Assembly: GCA_040954595.2 (NCBI GenBank)
Contig: JBECUI020000032.1
Span: 1 to 64,000 of the forward strand
Reading direction: 5' to 3'
Source of the DNA: Balanoglossus misakiensis
Taxonomy: Eukaryota > Animalia > Hemichordata
DNA: 64,000 nt
The translations under genes and the position numbers were made by a program. The number at the start of each line of letters is the position of its first letter. Position 1 is the stretch's first letter. The notes beneath the pieces were generated by a model. It worked only from the letters and a program-made list of their open reading frames with translations, searched no databases and was not told where the DNA came from. Below are positions 45,093-54,566 of this stretch, in pieces.

Positions 45093-46015
45093 TAAAAAAA
45101 TATATCGCAGTAAGAGATGAGGTCCAAGAGGCATTGGACAACAAAAAAGCGGTGGTGGCCTTGGAGTCAACCATTATTTCTCATGGCATGCCCTATCCTG
45201 AAAATGTTCTTAGTGCCCGGAAGGCCGAAAGTATCGTTCGGGAATCAGGCGGCGTGCCAGCCACCATAGCCATTATGCAGGGAAAAATCTGTATAGGGCT
45301 TTCCGATGAGGCTCTCGACCACATGGGGAGTCATTCATCCATTGCCAAGGTCGGCCGAAGAGATATGGCAGCAATCTTGAGCAAGGGTTTAGACGGAGCC
45401 ACAACCGTGGCCTCAACAATGCTCTGTGCCGCCATGGTGGGGATTCCCATATTTGCCACGGGAGGAATAGGTGGCGTGCATAAAGGGGGACACAAGAGCA
45501 TGGATGTATCTGCCGACCTTCAGGAACTGGCCGGAACTCCTGTGGGAGTTGTTTGTGCCGGGGCCAAGTCCATTTTGGACTTGGGGCGAACCCTTGAATA
45601 CCTGGAAACCCATGGGGTACCTGTCGTTGGGTACCAAACCGATGTATTCCCGGCCTTCTACACAAGAACAAGCGAATTCAAAACCGATTACCAAATGGAT
45701 AGCCCAGAAGAAATAGCCAGAACCCTCAAAATAAAATGGGATCTCGGTCTTAAGGGAGGTATGGTCATTGCCAATCCCATACCGGAAGAACATGAAATGG
45801 AAGCAAAGTACATTTCAGAAATCATTGACGCAGCCGTGGAACTTGCCGAAAAAGAGGAAATTCACGGTAAAGACATTACCCCCTTTGTTCTCGCACAGAT
45901 ACATGAACAAACGGGAAAAAAGAGCCTCAAGGCCAACAAAGAGTTGCTTTACAACAATGTCAGACTGGCTGTAAAGATAGCAAAGGCCTACATGGCCTTA
46001 ACTTTGAGATCGTAA
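45089..46015 (+). CDS. psuG: pseudouridine-5'-phosphate glycosidase
   Basis: VALESTIISHGMPYP, ATTVASTM, ATGGIGGVH, DVSADL, GAKSILD, TLEYLET. Confidence 0.96.
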   Translation: MIKKYIAVRDEVQEALDNKKAVVALESTIISHGMPYPENVLSARKAESIVRESGGVPATIAIMQGKICIGLSDEALDHMGSHSSIAKVGRRDMAAILSKGLDGATTVASTMLCAAMVGIPIFATGGIGGVHKGGHKSMDVSADLQELAGTPVGVVCAGAKSILDLGRTLEYLETHGVPVVGYQTDVFPAFYTRTSEFKTDYQMDSPEEIARTLKIKWDLGLKGGMVIANPIPEEHEMEAKYISEIIDAAVELAEKEEIHGKDITPFVLAQIHEQTGKKSLKANKELLYNNVRLAVKIAKAYMALTLRS

Positions 46016-46252
46016 CGTAGCCTTCCCTACACTTCTTTGCTGATCAGAACATAAAATTCTCCGCAAAACAAGCAAATCGGGGTTTTTGCACAGCATGGTC
46101 AGCTACCGCATTCCATCTTCCACCTTTTTCAAGTTACCTGAAAAAATGGCATTCCAGAATGACAATCAAATTAATGAGATACGGTGAGATTAGACCCGAT
46201 TCTCATGCCTTTTCAGCCTTTAAGTCCTTGAACTCGCCTGTTCACGGCATGC

Positions 46253-48058
46253 TCAAGAATCTTTGATCCGAGGAACAAATCTGGCAAAAAGCCGCAAACT
46301 ACCAAAGACCCAATAGAGAATGGCAAGAAGAGAGAGCAGCATCGGAACCATTTCCATTTGCCCAAGGCTTCCACCAAAGCTCAGACCAACCCCATTGATG
46401 CCATAGAAAATCAGCAAATTCAGATTGTAAATCAGTCCCCAGAAAATAAAATCACTTTTCCTGTCTTGCCGACCATCGGATGCTAGGAGAATAAGAAGTA
46501 AGAGGACCGTAAACCAATGATTGTGGTGAACACCCACATTAAAGAGAACATAAGCAAGAAAGGCATAGGTGGAACAGGTTAGCAGGTCATCGTAGGCCCG
46601 TTCCTTTTTCCCGGCAATCTGGATTCGAAGAAAGTAGAGGAAAGAGAGAATAAAAATAGCCCGCGTCACCAGAGACGTGGCAGCTCCAACAAATAAAAGG
46701 CTCCGGTTCCCCAGAAGTTCACCGTAACGACCGGGATTAAAGAGACGAAGCAGAGAGCCTAGGAGCCAGTTGGCGTTCAGAGTGTAGTAGGAAAGAGCTG
46801 AATGGCTCATCCCTTTAAGCAAGGAGGCCGGAAATTGGGGCCCGAAAAGCAAGGTCAATCCCAGAAAAAACAGAAAAATCGGAGTCGCCACCCTCAAAGA
46901 GAAAAATCGCCACCCCTTTTTCTTAATCACATAAACAACAAGGAACGGAATCAATATGGCTGGCTGCCACTTCAACATCAGAGCGATCATGAACCAAAGA
47001 ATTCCTCTAAACACCTTGTCCCTTCGAATGGCCAGATAAGCATGCAGCAGAAACGGCGCAAGGAGGGCATCGGAATAGCCATGAGCCACGGTGCCAAGAA
47101 TCAAAACTCCATGAAACAAAGCCGCAATATTGGGATTTTTTGAAACTTTCAGAATCAGAAGTGAGGCCCAGGTTAACAAAATCAGTAGAGTAGTCTTGTA
47201 AAGAAGAAAAAGCGGCCATCCCGTAGCTTCGGATATTTCGGAAAGTCCGGCACTCAACATATAGCTTAAGGGCGGGTAGTTGTCTCCCGTTATACCGTAG
47301 CCTTTGATAAGCCCCTCAGCCTTGTAGGAATCAAGCCACAGAGGGCCAATAAAAGCATTCTGGATGTCATGAATCCCCGGAGCCTCGAGGAAAATAAGAG
47401 AGGTAAAAACAACCACAATATAAGCAAGGTAGGGAACAACGTGAATCGGAGTCGGCCTAATGCGACTAACCGCCCAGTCTGCACCGCGAAGAAACAGCAG
47501 GAGAAAAGGAATACCCAGAAGGATAAGAAGCAAGGCTTTCAAGGCCGATACAGCCAGCAAAGGTCCTTCTGTAGGATAATTGCGTATTTTGCTAAAAAAT
47601 GGTGAGAATCGAGAAAAAGACGATGGCGGGGTAGTCATAGACTCTGGAGAGACAAAAAAGACCTCACCCTTTATTTCAATACGCTCCCAAAGTCGCCATT
47701 GGGCTCCAGGTACGGAATACACTGTTTCTCCGATACGAATTTCAAGGCCATCTATTTCCAGATCTCCCCAGGACTCGGGAATAAGAATGGCCTGAAGGTA
47801 GCGTTTCTCCTGAAGCCATTTGCCATCGCTAACATGCGTAAAATCCTCAAAAGCAAGGTCGCGAACCGAAAGTCTCCAAGGAGCCTGGGGCTGTTCCCCA
47901 TAAAAACCAGAGAGCTCAAGTTCCACGGGCAAAGCGGCTGTTCCGCCAATAATGGTCAACAAAAATAACCCGGCTGTCATAAGAAGCCAGAGAAAAACAA
48001 GTCCACCGGTCAGAAAAGGCCAATAGCGGCTAAACAAATCTTTAATTTTTTCTAACAT
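46253..48058 (-). CDS. polytopic membrane protein, GT-C glycosyltransferase-like
   Basis: Many TM segments; DNYPPL, LKWQP, NANW, HHNHW motifs; N-terminal extracytoplasmic domain. Confidence 0.6.
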   Translation of the reverse strand: MLEKIKDLFSRYWPFLTGGLVFLWLLMTAGLFLLTIIGGTAALPVELELSGFYGEQPQAPWRLSVRDLAFEDFTHVSDGKWLQEKRYLQAILIPESWGDLEIDGLEIRIGETVYSVPGAQWRLWERIEIKGEVFFVSPESMTTPPSSFSRFSPFFSKIRNYPTEGPLLAVSALKALLLILLGIPFLLLFLRGADWAVSRIRPTPIHVVPYLAYIVVVFTSLIFLEAPGIHDIQNAFIGPLWLDSYKAEGLIKGYGITGDNYPPLSYMLSAGLSEISEATGWPLFLLYKTTLLILLTWASLLILKVSKNPNIAALFHGVLILGTVAHGYSDALLAPFLLHAYLAIRRDKVFRGILWFMIALMLKWQPAILIPFLVVYVIKKKGWRFFSLRVATPIFLFFLGLTLLFGPQFPASLLKGMSHSALSYYTLNANWLLGSLLRLFNPGRYGELLGNRSLLFVGAATSLVTRAIFILSFLYFLRIQIAGKKERAYDDLLTCSTYAFLAYVLFNVGVHHNHWFTVLLLLILLASDGRQDRKSDFIFWGLIYNLNLLIFYGINGVGLSFGGSLGQMEMVPMLLSLLAILYWVFGSLRLFARFVPRIKDS

Positions 48059-48292
48059 ATCGTTGTCCTAGAACCTTGGGAAAACAAACAGAAGCTACCG
48101 AAGAATTATCCCAGGAGTTCATTCCTCCCTCACCTTTAAATGCAAAGATTATTGACTATTATCAAGGAACAGAGAAAATATTCCAAGGGTTCTTGGAATC
48201 CAAGGGAGAAAAGTACATCGTTTTCCTTTTTAAAAAAACAGGTATTCCAAAAACTTTTTAGTTATGTTAAGAGTATTGAATTGGAGGTAGGT

Positions 48293-48466
48293 ATGGCCTA
48301 TATTATTGACAAAGACGAATGCATCAACTGTGGTGCTTGTGAACCTGAATGCCCCGTAAACTCCATTAGCGAAAAAGACGGTCTCCGCTGGATTGATCCA
48401 AGCACTTGTATAGACTGCGCTGCCTGTACCGAGTGTTGTCCAGTCGACTGTATCAGTGAAGGCTAG
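48293..48466 (+). CDS. 2[4Fe-4S] ferredoxin
   Basis: [12 protein letters not shown] and [12 protein letters not shown]; RBS GGAGGT. Confidence 0.95.
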   Translation: MAYIIDKDECINCGACEPECPVNSISEKDGLRWIDPSTCIDCAACTECCPVDCISEG

Positions 48467-48479
48467 AAGACTGGTGCTT

Positions 48480-48507
48480 TTGTGCATTACATTCTGTAAT
48501 GCACAAT
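48480..48507 (+). terminator. hairpin after ferredoxin (terminator or stabiliser)
   Basis: TTGTGCATTAC-ATTCT-GTAATGCACAA. Confidence 0.5.
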
Positions 48508-48521
48508 CCAGTTGATTTTTT

Positions 48522-49529
48522 GTGTCTTCTTTTAAAAAGGATATTTTTCAGGATCGTTGCCGTCTGAACGGAGCTATCCGCAGTTTTTTCACGAAACAGG
48601 GATTCCTTGAAGTCGACACCCCCCTACTGACCCCCCATCCCATTCCTGAAACTCCCATTGAGCTTTTTCGTACGGAGTATCAATCTACAAATCGGGGGGC
48701 CCTTCCCCTTTTTCTGGTCCCTTCCCCGGAGGTCTGGATGAAAATACTTCTGGCTCAGGGAGCGCCTTCCCTTTTCCAGATATCCAGGTGTTTCCGCAAT
48801 GGCGAGCAGATGAGTTCCTGGCATCGACCGGAATTTACCATGCTGGAATGGTACAGCCTGGACGAAGAAGGAAAGAATAACATTCCCCGAATGGAAGAAC
48901 TGCTTTTAGCCGTAGGGGAAGTCTTTGGAGGAAGTAAGCTCCCCCCCTCACTACGCCCCCCCATGCGGGTCATTTCCATGGAAGAAGCCTTTAGAGATTA
49001 CGCAGGCTTCTCCTTGGAGGCAGATTTGCAATGCGAGACAGAACAGATCCCAGGGATTCTCCGGAAAAGGCTGGCTGATCAGGGACTGGAGGCGCCACCG
49101 AAGGAAGAAGCCGCAGACCTTTTTCATCGTCTCTTCCTAAACCTGACAGAGCCCAGGTTGCCCACAGACAGACCGCTGATTCTGAAGGACTGGCCCGCCT
49201 TGATTCCCACCCTGGCTCGACAACTCCCTGGAACGGTATGGGCCGACCGCTGGGAACTCTATCTGGAGGGTGTGGAAGTGGCCAACGGTTATGGAGAAGA
49301 AACTGACCTGAGTACCCTGAAAAAATACTGGTTCGAGGAAGGAAGCAAAAAACTCACCGCCGATCCCTCCTTCTCGACAAACATGAGTTGGCCCGAACAC
49401 ATAGGCCGCAATATGCCTCCCTGTGCCGGAACAGCCCTGGGGACGGACCGCTTCCTGGCCCTTCTTCGTAAAGAAAAAAGCTTGAAGGGGCTGGAGTTTT
49501 TTCCCAGCCATGCTATCCTGGGGAAATAA
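48522..49529 (+). CDS. epmA: EF-P lysine aminoacylase (GenX/PoxA)
   Basis: LEVDTP, SPEVWMK, FRNGE...H.PEFTMLEWY, RWELY..GVEVANG, PPCAG.ALG.DR; adjacent to efp. Confidence 0.92.
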   Translation: MSSFKKDIFQDRCRLNGAIRSFFTKQGFLEVDTPLLTPHPIPETPIELFRTEYQSTNRGALPLFLVPSPEVWMKILLAQGAPSLFQISRCFRNGEQMSSWHRPEFTMLEWYSLDEEGKNNIPRMEELLLAVGEVFGGSKLPPSLRPPMRVISMEEAFRDYAGFSLEADLQCETEQIPGILRKRLADQGLEAPPKEEAADLFHRLFLNLTEPRLPTDRPLILKDWPALIPTLARQLPGTVWADRWELYLEGVEVANGYGEETDLSTLKKYWFEEGSKKLTADPSFSTNMSWPEHIGRNMPPCAGTALGTDRFLALLRKEKSLKGLEFFPSHAILGK

Positions 49530-49554
49530 GCTTTTTCAACTAAAGGATTTGTAA

Positions 49555-50124
49555 ATGGGGCAAATAAGAGCAGGAGCCATTGCCAAAGGGCACTATCTCT
49601 TAGAAAAGGGAGAACCTTACATTGTTTCGGAACGAGAATTCGTCAATCCAGGTAAAGGTTCCGCCTTTGTACGAATTAAACTTAAAAACCTCCGTAATGG
49701 ACTGGTTCAAAAAGTTACTCACAAGAGCCAAGACAGTGTGGAAGAGATTGCTGTAGAAGAATTTGCGGCACAGTATCTCTATAACGATGGGACAAGTTAT
49801 CATTTTATGAACTCAGAGAGCTTTGAGCAATTTGAGGTTCCCATGGATGCCCACAAGGATGCCCAGTACTTCATGCTGGAAGGTGAGATCTTTAAGGTTA
49901 CCTCCTGGGGCAACGAGGTCCTGAACATCCAACTTCCCCCTAAAAAAGATCTTGTTATCATTGAAGCGGAGGAAGCGGTCAGAGGCGACACTGTCAGCGG
50001 AGTCACAAAAACCGTGATTACGGAAACAGGGCTTCAAGTGAAAGTCCCCATTTTTATTAAAAAAGGGGAAAAAATACGGATTTCAACCGAAACTAAAGAG
50101 TATCAGGAACGGATCAACAACTGA
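49555..50124 (+). CDS. efp: elongation factor P
   Basis: NPGKGSAFVR, QYLY, RGDT, ETG..V.VP.FI. Confidence 0.97.
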   Translation: MGQIRAGAIAKGHYLLEKGEPYIVSEREFVNPGKGSAFVRIKLKNLRNGLVQKVTHKSQDSVEEIAVEEFAAQYLYNDGTSYHFMNSESFEQFEVPMDAHKDAQYFMLEGEIFKVTSWGNEVLNIQLPPKKDLVIIEAEEAVRGDTVSGVTKTVITETGLQVKVPIFIKKGEKIRISTETKEYQERINN

Positions 50125-50803
50125 ACATCCAAAACCTTCCCAAGGTTTGCTTTTTTTTCCTCTGGAAAAACTTACCTCAGGCATCGGCCTCCTTACTGGT
50201 TTGACAGAGTAAATCTGCAGTTTCTTTCCCCGCGGCTTCCATCGGTACCAAGGTGGAGGCCGCTTCCCAACCCCGTTAAAAAAACGGTGCTCAAGGAACT
50301 CCTTTTGGAAACAATCCGCTCCATTCACCCCCGTGGGAGTCCGCCCTCAACCTGTCTCCCCCCTTGCCAAGAGCTGAGGCAAAAGACAGGGAGGGAAAGG
50401 TATCCCTCACCTTCCGACAAGAAACAGGCGTTCCCGTTTTAAAATGATTGGGCCCAGCGGTGACCACTGTAATTCTTTATAAACATGTAACCTCTCTGAG
50501 AAACTTAAGTGAAGCTTACTTAAGAAAATATACCCCAGGAAATGGTTTACAACTCCTGTCCCGATTCACACGGAGGACAAAATGAGGTCAGAAAAAGACC
50601 CCACGGGAAAGATCATACAGATCGATGAAGGTCTCCTACAGAGCAGCCAAATGGTTAAAAAAACCGTAGAGGGAACCTTGAATGCCATGCTCAATGCAGA
50701 GGCAGATCTTTTACTTCAGGCTGAAAAATACGAACCTACGGATGCACGAAAAGATACTCGTGCTGGACATTACACCAGGAAGTTGGATATCACTGCTTTC
50801 AAG

Positions 50804-50833
50804 AGTAGGGACAGGTCGCGACCTGTCCCTACT
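50804..50833. repeat. REP-like perfect 30-bp palindrome, copy 1
   Basis: AGTAGGGACAGGTCGCGACCTGTCCCTACT. Confidence 0.9.
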
Positions 50834-51056
50834 TCGGCTTCCATTCGAAACAGCAATTATTGAGCGTTATAAACGCCGGGAAACATCCGTTGAAGAAGCC
50901 TTAGTTGAAATGTATTTAGCTGGTGTTTCAGTGCGCCGAGTTAAAGTTATTACCGAGGCCCTTTGGGGAAGCAAGGTAAAGCCCTGGGACAATGAGCAAT
51001 TTGAACCAGGATCTCTTAGTAGAGAATCAATACTTGGCGGAATCAACCCATCAATG

Positions 51057-51086
51057 AGTAGGGACAGGTCGCGACCTGTCCCTACT
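51057..51086. repeat. REP-like perfect 30-bp palindrome, copy 2
   Basis: Identical to 50804-50833; both followed by TCGGC. Confidence 0.9.
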
Positions 51087-51409
51087 TCGGCAGCGACATA
51101 GTTGGATACGGAAATGCTGTATTCGTTTTCTGCAATTTCCTTGCACACTTGAAAAACCTAAGGGCTTAAGGATACTAAAGCTCTTCATAAGCTACAAATG
51201 CATCGGATTGGCCTGAATCCATCGAAGAGTTTTTCCCTAAAGCACGATGGCAACGATGCGTTGTTCACTATTATATGAAACTTCCCAAGGCTGCTAACAT
51301 GGTGAAAAACTATATCCACGAAACTCTTGAGCATAGGTATTTCCCTCAGGAACATTGGATTCGGATCAGGACTAATAATCCTCTTGAAAGAATCATGAAA
51401 GAAATCAAA

Positions 51410-51463
51410 CGAAGAACCCTGGTTCGCAGAACCCTGGTTCGAAGAACCCTGGTTCGAAGAACC
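51410..51463 (+). repeat. 15-bp tandem repeat (about 3.6 copies) inside the IS256 remnant
   Basis: CGAAGAACCCTGGTT units, giving RRTLV x3. Confidence 0.9.
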
Positions 51464-51792
51464 AAATTGCAGAACATTTCCCCGATGGGGATTCGGCCCT
51501 TATGCTATCAGCTGCCAGGCTCAGGTAGATCATGGGAACAAAATGGAGTACAGAAAAGTATTTGAATATGGACTTACTTAAAAGCGATAAGGCAAGATGT
51601 ACGTTAGGCTCTTTCAACATTGGAGATTTGAAAGTGCGCAAAATTCTTGACACTACCTTACAACTCCTGTCCCGATTCACACGGGAAGAGCTGCCACCTG
51701 CATCGGCTTAGAAGTTTCTCCGCCCCCGGAGCTATTGGCCTAACTGGCCGAAGCTGCTGCCTGGCAAGCTTGCCCACAAGATCATAAAGGCT

Positions 51793-52980
51793 TTATTCTT
51801 CTGGAGAATGATTAATATCGGGAGCAATTGTCTCTTCATTTTCAGAAACATCTTTTTGAAAATGAATAACCTGCTGGGGAAAGGGAATGGTGATATTCTC
51901 TTCCCTAAAGGCCCGCCATATTTCCAAATTAGTCCAACTGATAGCCTCACCCCGGAAGGCAACAGAGCTTATCCAGGTGCGCAGTAACAAGGCAATGCCT
52001 GAGGAATTAAAAGATTTGACTCTTACCAATATCTTTTCGGTAGACTCTCGCCAGGGGTTGCGCCCGGCCACCTGTTCAAGAATGCTTATGACTTGTTCTA
52101 GGTCGGAAGAATAGTCCACTTCTACTTCATTAAGAATGACTACCCGTTTGTCCCTATAGCTCAAATTGTGAATAATGCCCTGGGTAATCTGATTGTTGGG
52201 TATAATAAGACTTTCATTTTCAAAGGTAATCAACTCCGTGTTCATGAGGCGAATGTACTTTATAGTGCCGTCATAGGTCCCCAAACGTATCCTGTCTCCT
52301 TCTTTAATGACACCCATGCCAATAAGCGAAAGTCCGGCAAAGAAATCTGCCACAAGCCCTTGCAGTCCAAATCCAATACCAATACCTAAAACACCGAACA
52401 AAACCCCCAGAACCGAAAGATCCACCCCAATAATGGAAAGGCCAAACAGAAAGGCCAGGGTCATGGCTATATAACGGGAAAGACGGCCAAAGGTAGAAGC
52501 CTTTTCCCTGCCCAGTCCCATCTTATGAAAAACACGACTCTCCAGAATTCTTTGTATTCTCCTACCAATCCAGGAAGCCAAAGCAAACATGGGAATCAAC
52601 AGAAAAAGGGTAATGGCAGAAATTCTAGTGTTGCCGGAGCTAACAATGGGAGTATTGAGTAACTCCATAAAACGCCTCAAGGTCCCATAGATCTGGGAAT
52701 CAAAAAGTGTACCCAAAATCAGAAGAAATCCCAAAAGAACAAGAACCCGAATGATCCGTTTTGCCCACTTCGATATCTGTTCTGAACGCTCTGGTGAGAA
52801 CCGGGGACTACGCATTACTTTCTTTCTAAGAAACTTGAGCAGTGTGGATCCCATAATAACAAGCAGCAGAAGTATCAAAAAATTTTTTAACAGAGACCAT
52901 AGATCAAAAGGGAGAATCCAGTTATTTATGACGATGGGTGCTGTGAAGATTTCAATCATTTTATTAATTATTTCTGACAT
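51793..52980 (-). CDS. mscS: small-conductance mechanosensitive channel family protein
   Basis: GVLGIGIGFGLQ, IKEGDRI, IIPN, VDYSSD, ITIPFPQ. Confidence 0.9.
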   Translation of the reverse strand: MSEIINKMIEIFTAPIVINNWILPFDLWSLLKNFLILLLLVIMGSTLLKFLRKKVMRSPRFSPERSEQISKWAKRIIRVLVLLGFLLILGTLFDSQIYGTLRRFMELLNTPIVSSGNTRISAITLFLLIPMFALASWIGRRIQRILESRVFHKMGLGREKASTFGRLSRYIAMTLAFLFGLSIIGVDLSVLGVLFGVLGIGIGFGLQGLVADFFAGLSLIGMGVIKEGDRIRLGTYDGTIKYIRLMNTELITFENESLIIPNNQITQGIIHNLSYRDKRVVILNEVEVDYSSDLEQVISILEQVAGRNPWRESTEKILVRVKSFNSSGIALLLRTWISSVAFRGEAISWTNLEIWRAFREENITIPFPQQVIHFQKDVSENEETIAPDINHSPEE

Positions 52981-54394
52981 AGACTTCAACAACTTCCTTC
53001 TCTTCCAGGCTAATCCTGTTTCTTTGCTTACCAGCTTCCAGAAGCTCACTCATACTAGTCCAGGCATGAAGACGAATTCCCTCCCGGTTAAGCTCCCTGC
53101 GTCCCTGCTGTCCCCGTTCCAGAAGAACCACCAGATCCTCTACCACAATCCCCGCTTCCCGTAGAATTCTGACGGCTTCAAGTTTGCTCTTTCCCGTCGT
53201 GATCAGATCGTCTAGGAGTACAGCCCGCTGCCCTGGACTCCAGTTACCTTCAATTCTTGCCCCCGAACCGTGTTCTTTTTTTTCCATTCGGGGATAAATA
53301 AGATTCATGTTGCACTCCAGTGCTGCGGCGGTGGCCAGAGGAAGGGCAGCTACGGGAATGCCAGCCAAACTGTCTGCCTTCAGGCCCCAAAGCAATTCTC
53401 CATAGGCCCTCCCTGCAAACCGGAGCAATTCAGGTCGGGAAGAAATGCGCCGTAGATCCAGATAAAAGGGAGAGACTTTACCTGACTTCAAGGTGAAATT
53501 TCCCACATTAAAGGCCCCTATTGTAAAAAGTCCATCCAGAAATTCTTGCCGCTCCCTCAATGTCAGAGAAGAAAGCGGTTTAACGTTTTTCTGGGATGGG
53601 AAAGAAGTGAAGGTCAACCGTCCTTCCCGTGCCTTATTCAGGCTGTCCCGCAACTGCCTGGCCGCATGAGCAGGATCGTCAGCTTCCGCTATTGACCGAC
53701 TAACCGACACCAGAAGTCCCCAGCCATCTTTTCGGGCACCCGCTGCCATGGCATCGGTAGGATTCCCTCCCTGGGAACCCACGCCTGGAGCCAGGAACCA
53801 AACTTCCGGATGCCGCTTTCTCAGCATTTCCAGAGAGTCTGGAACGTTTCCTGCCACCACCAACCCTAAGTGCTCTCCCCAGGAAAGTCCCTCCTCAGCA
53901 ACACGACCATAAAGAGGGGTACCGTCAGCCAGAGGAAGACCCTGTATCCTTTCGGCGCCAGGGTTGGAAGTCCGGCAAAGGAGAAATATTCCACAGTTCT
54001 TTCTTTTAAGAAAGGGAGCCACCGATTCCTTGCCCAAATAAGGCGACAGGGTCAGAGCCAGAGTGCCCGGTCTATCCAGCAAACCTGCGGCATAAGCCTC
54101 CGCAGTGGAGCCGATGTCTCCTCGCTTGGCGTCGAGAATTACAGGTATCTCCGGCCCTATAAAAGAAAGAATACGCTCCAGGGCCCGCCAGCCGGAGGCC
54201 CCATGACACTCAAAAAATGCTGTATTAGGCTTAAAGGCCGCCGCATAGGGCAGGGTTGTCCGGACAATCCGCTCCCCATAGGCAACAAGACGTTCCTGGA
54301 TGTCCTCTCCCCTTTCCAGCCTGGGATCAATCCCCACACAGAGAGGGCCTCCGACCTCTCGAGAACGACGCTCTAATGCTTCAAAAAAATACAT
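52964..54394 (-). CDS. pyrF: bifunctional OMP decarboxylase - orotate phosphoribosyltransferase fusion (PyrF-PyrE)
   Basis: LCVGIDP, FKPN.AFF, LDAKRGDIGST, LAPGVGSQGG followed in frame by FTLKSG.VSPFYLDLR, KEHG, LDDLITTG. Confidence 0.95.
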   Translation of the reverse strand: MYFFEALERRSREVGGPLCVGIDPRLERGEDIQERLVAYGERIVRTTLPYAAAFKPNTAFFECHGASGWRALERILSFIGPEIPVILDAKRGDIGSTAEAYAAGLLDRPGTLALTLSPYLGKESVAPFLKRKNCGIFLLCRTSNPGAERIQGLPLADGTPLYGRVAEEGLSWGEHLGLVVAGNVPDSLEMLRKRHPEVWFLAPGVGSQGGNPTDAMAAGARKDGWGLLVSVSRSIAEADDPAHAARQLRDSLNKAREGRLTFTSFPSQKNVKPLSSLTLRERQEFLDGLFTIGAFNVGNFTLKSGKVSPFYLDLRRISSRPELLRFAGRAYGELLWGLKADSLAGIPVAALPLATAAALECNMNLIYPRMEKKEHGSGARIEGNWSPGQRAVLLDDLITTGKSKLEAVRILREAGIVVEDLVVLLERGQQGRRELNREGIRLHAWTSMSELLEAGKQRNRISLEEKEVVEVYVRNN

Positions 54395-54566
54395 GAACTA
54401 TTATAACCAAGTTAGAGAAAGTTTCCGAGAGGTATGGGGCTTTCTTTCGAAGGGCAGAGCATAGAATCCTCAAATTATCTCAAGGATTCCACCAAGCAAC
54501 TCTATCAGGTGAGAGTTCGGAATGACAAAACCCAGGCCTAAGTCATGATCACCTTTTTCTGCAGAC

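Larger units (their letters stand above)
50547..51684 (+). mobile_element. degenerate IS256-family element
   Basis: LNAEAD..RAGHY.R, FETAIIERYKRRE.SVEEALVEMYLAGVS.RRV, WQRCVVH, IRTNNPLERIMKEIKRR; right end ...AAAATTCTTGACACTACC at 51657. Confidence 0.85.

Noticed and set aside
50125-50460. Remnant of epmB or a small gene downstream of efp
   Set aside because: No radical-SAM CxxxCxxC or other recognisable similarity in the frames examined
51410-51463. 15-bp tandem repeat as a functional array
   Set aside because: Slippage duplication within a decayed transposase
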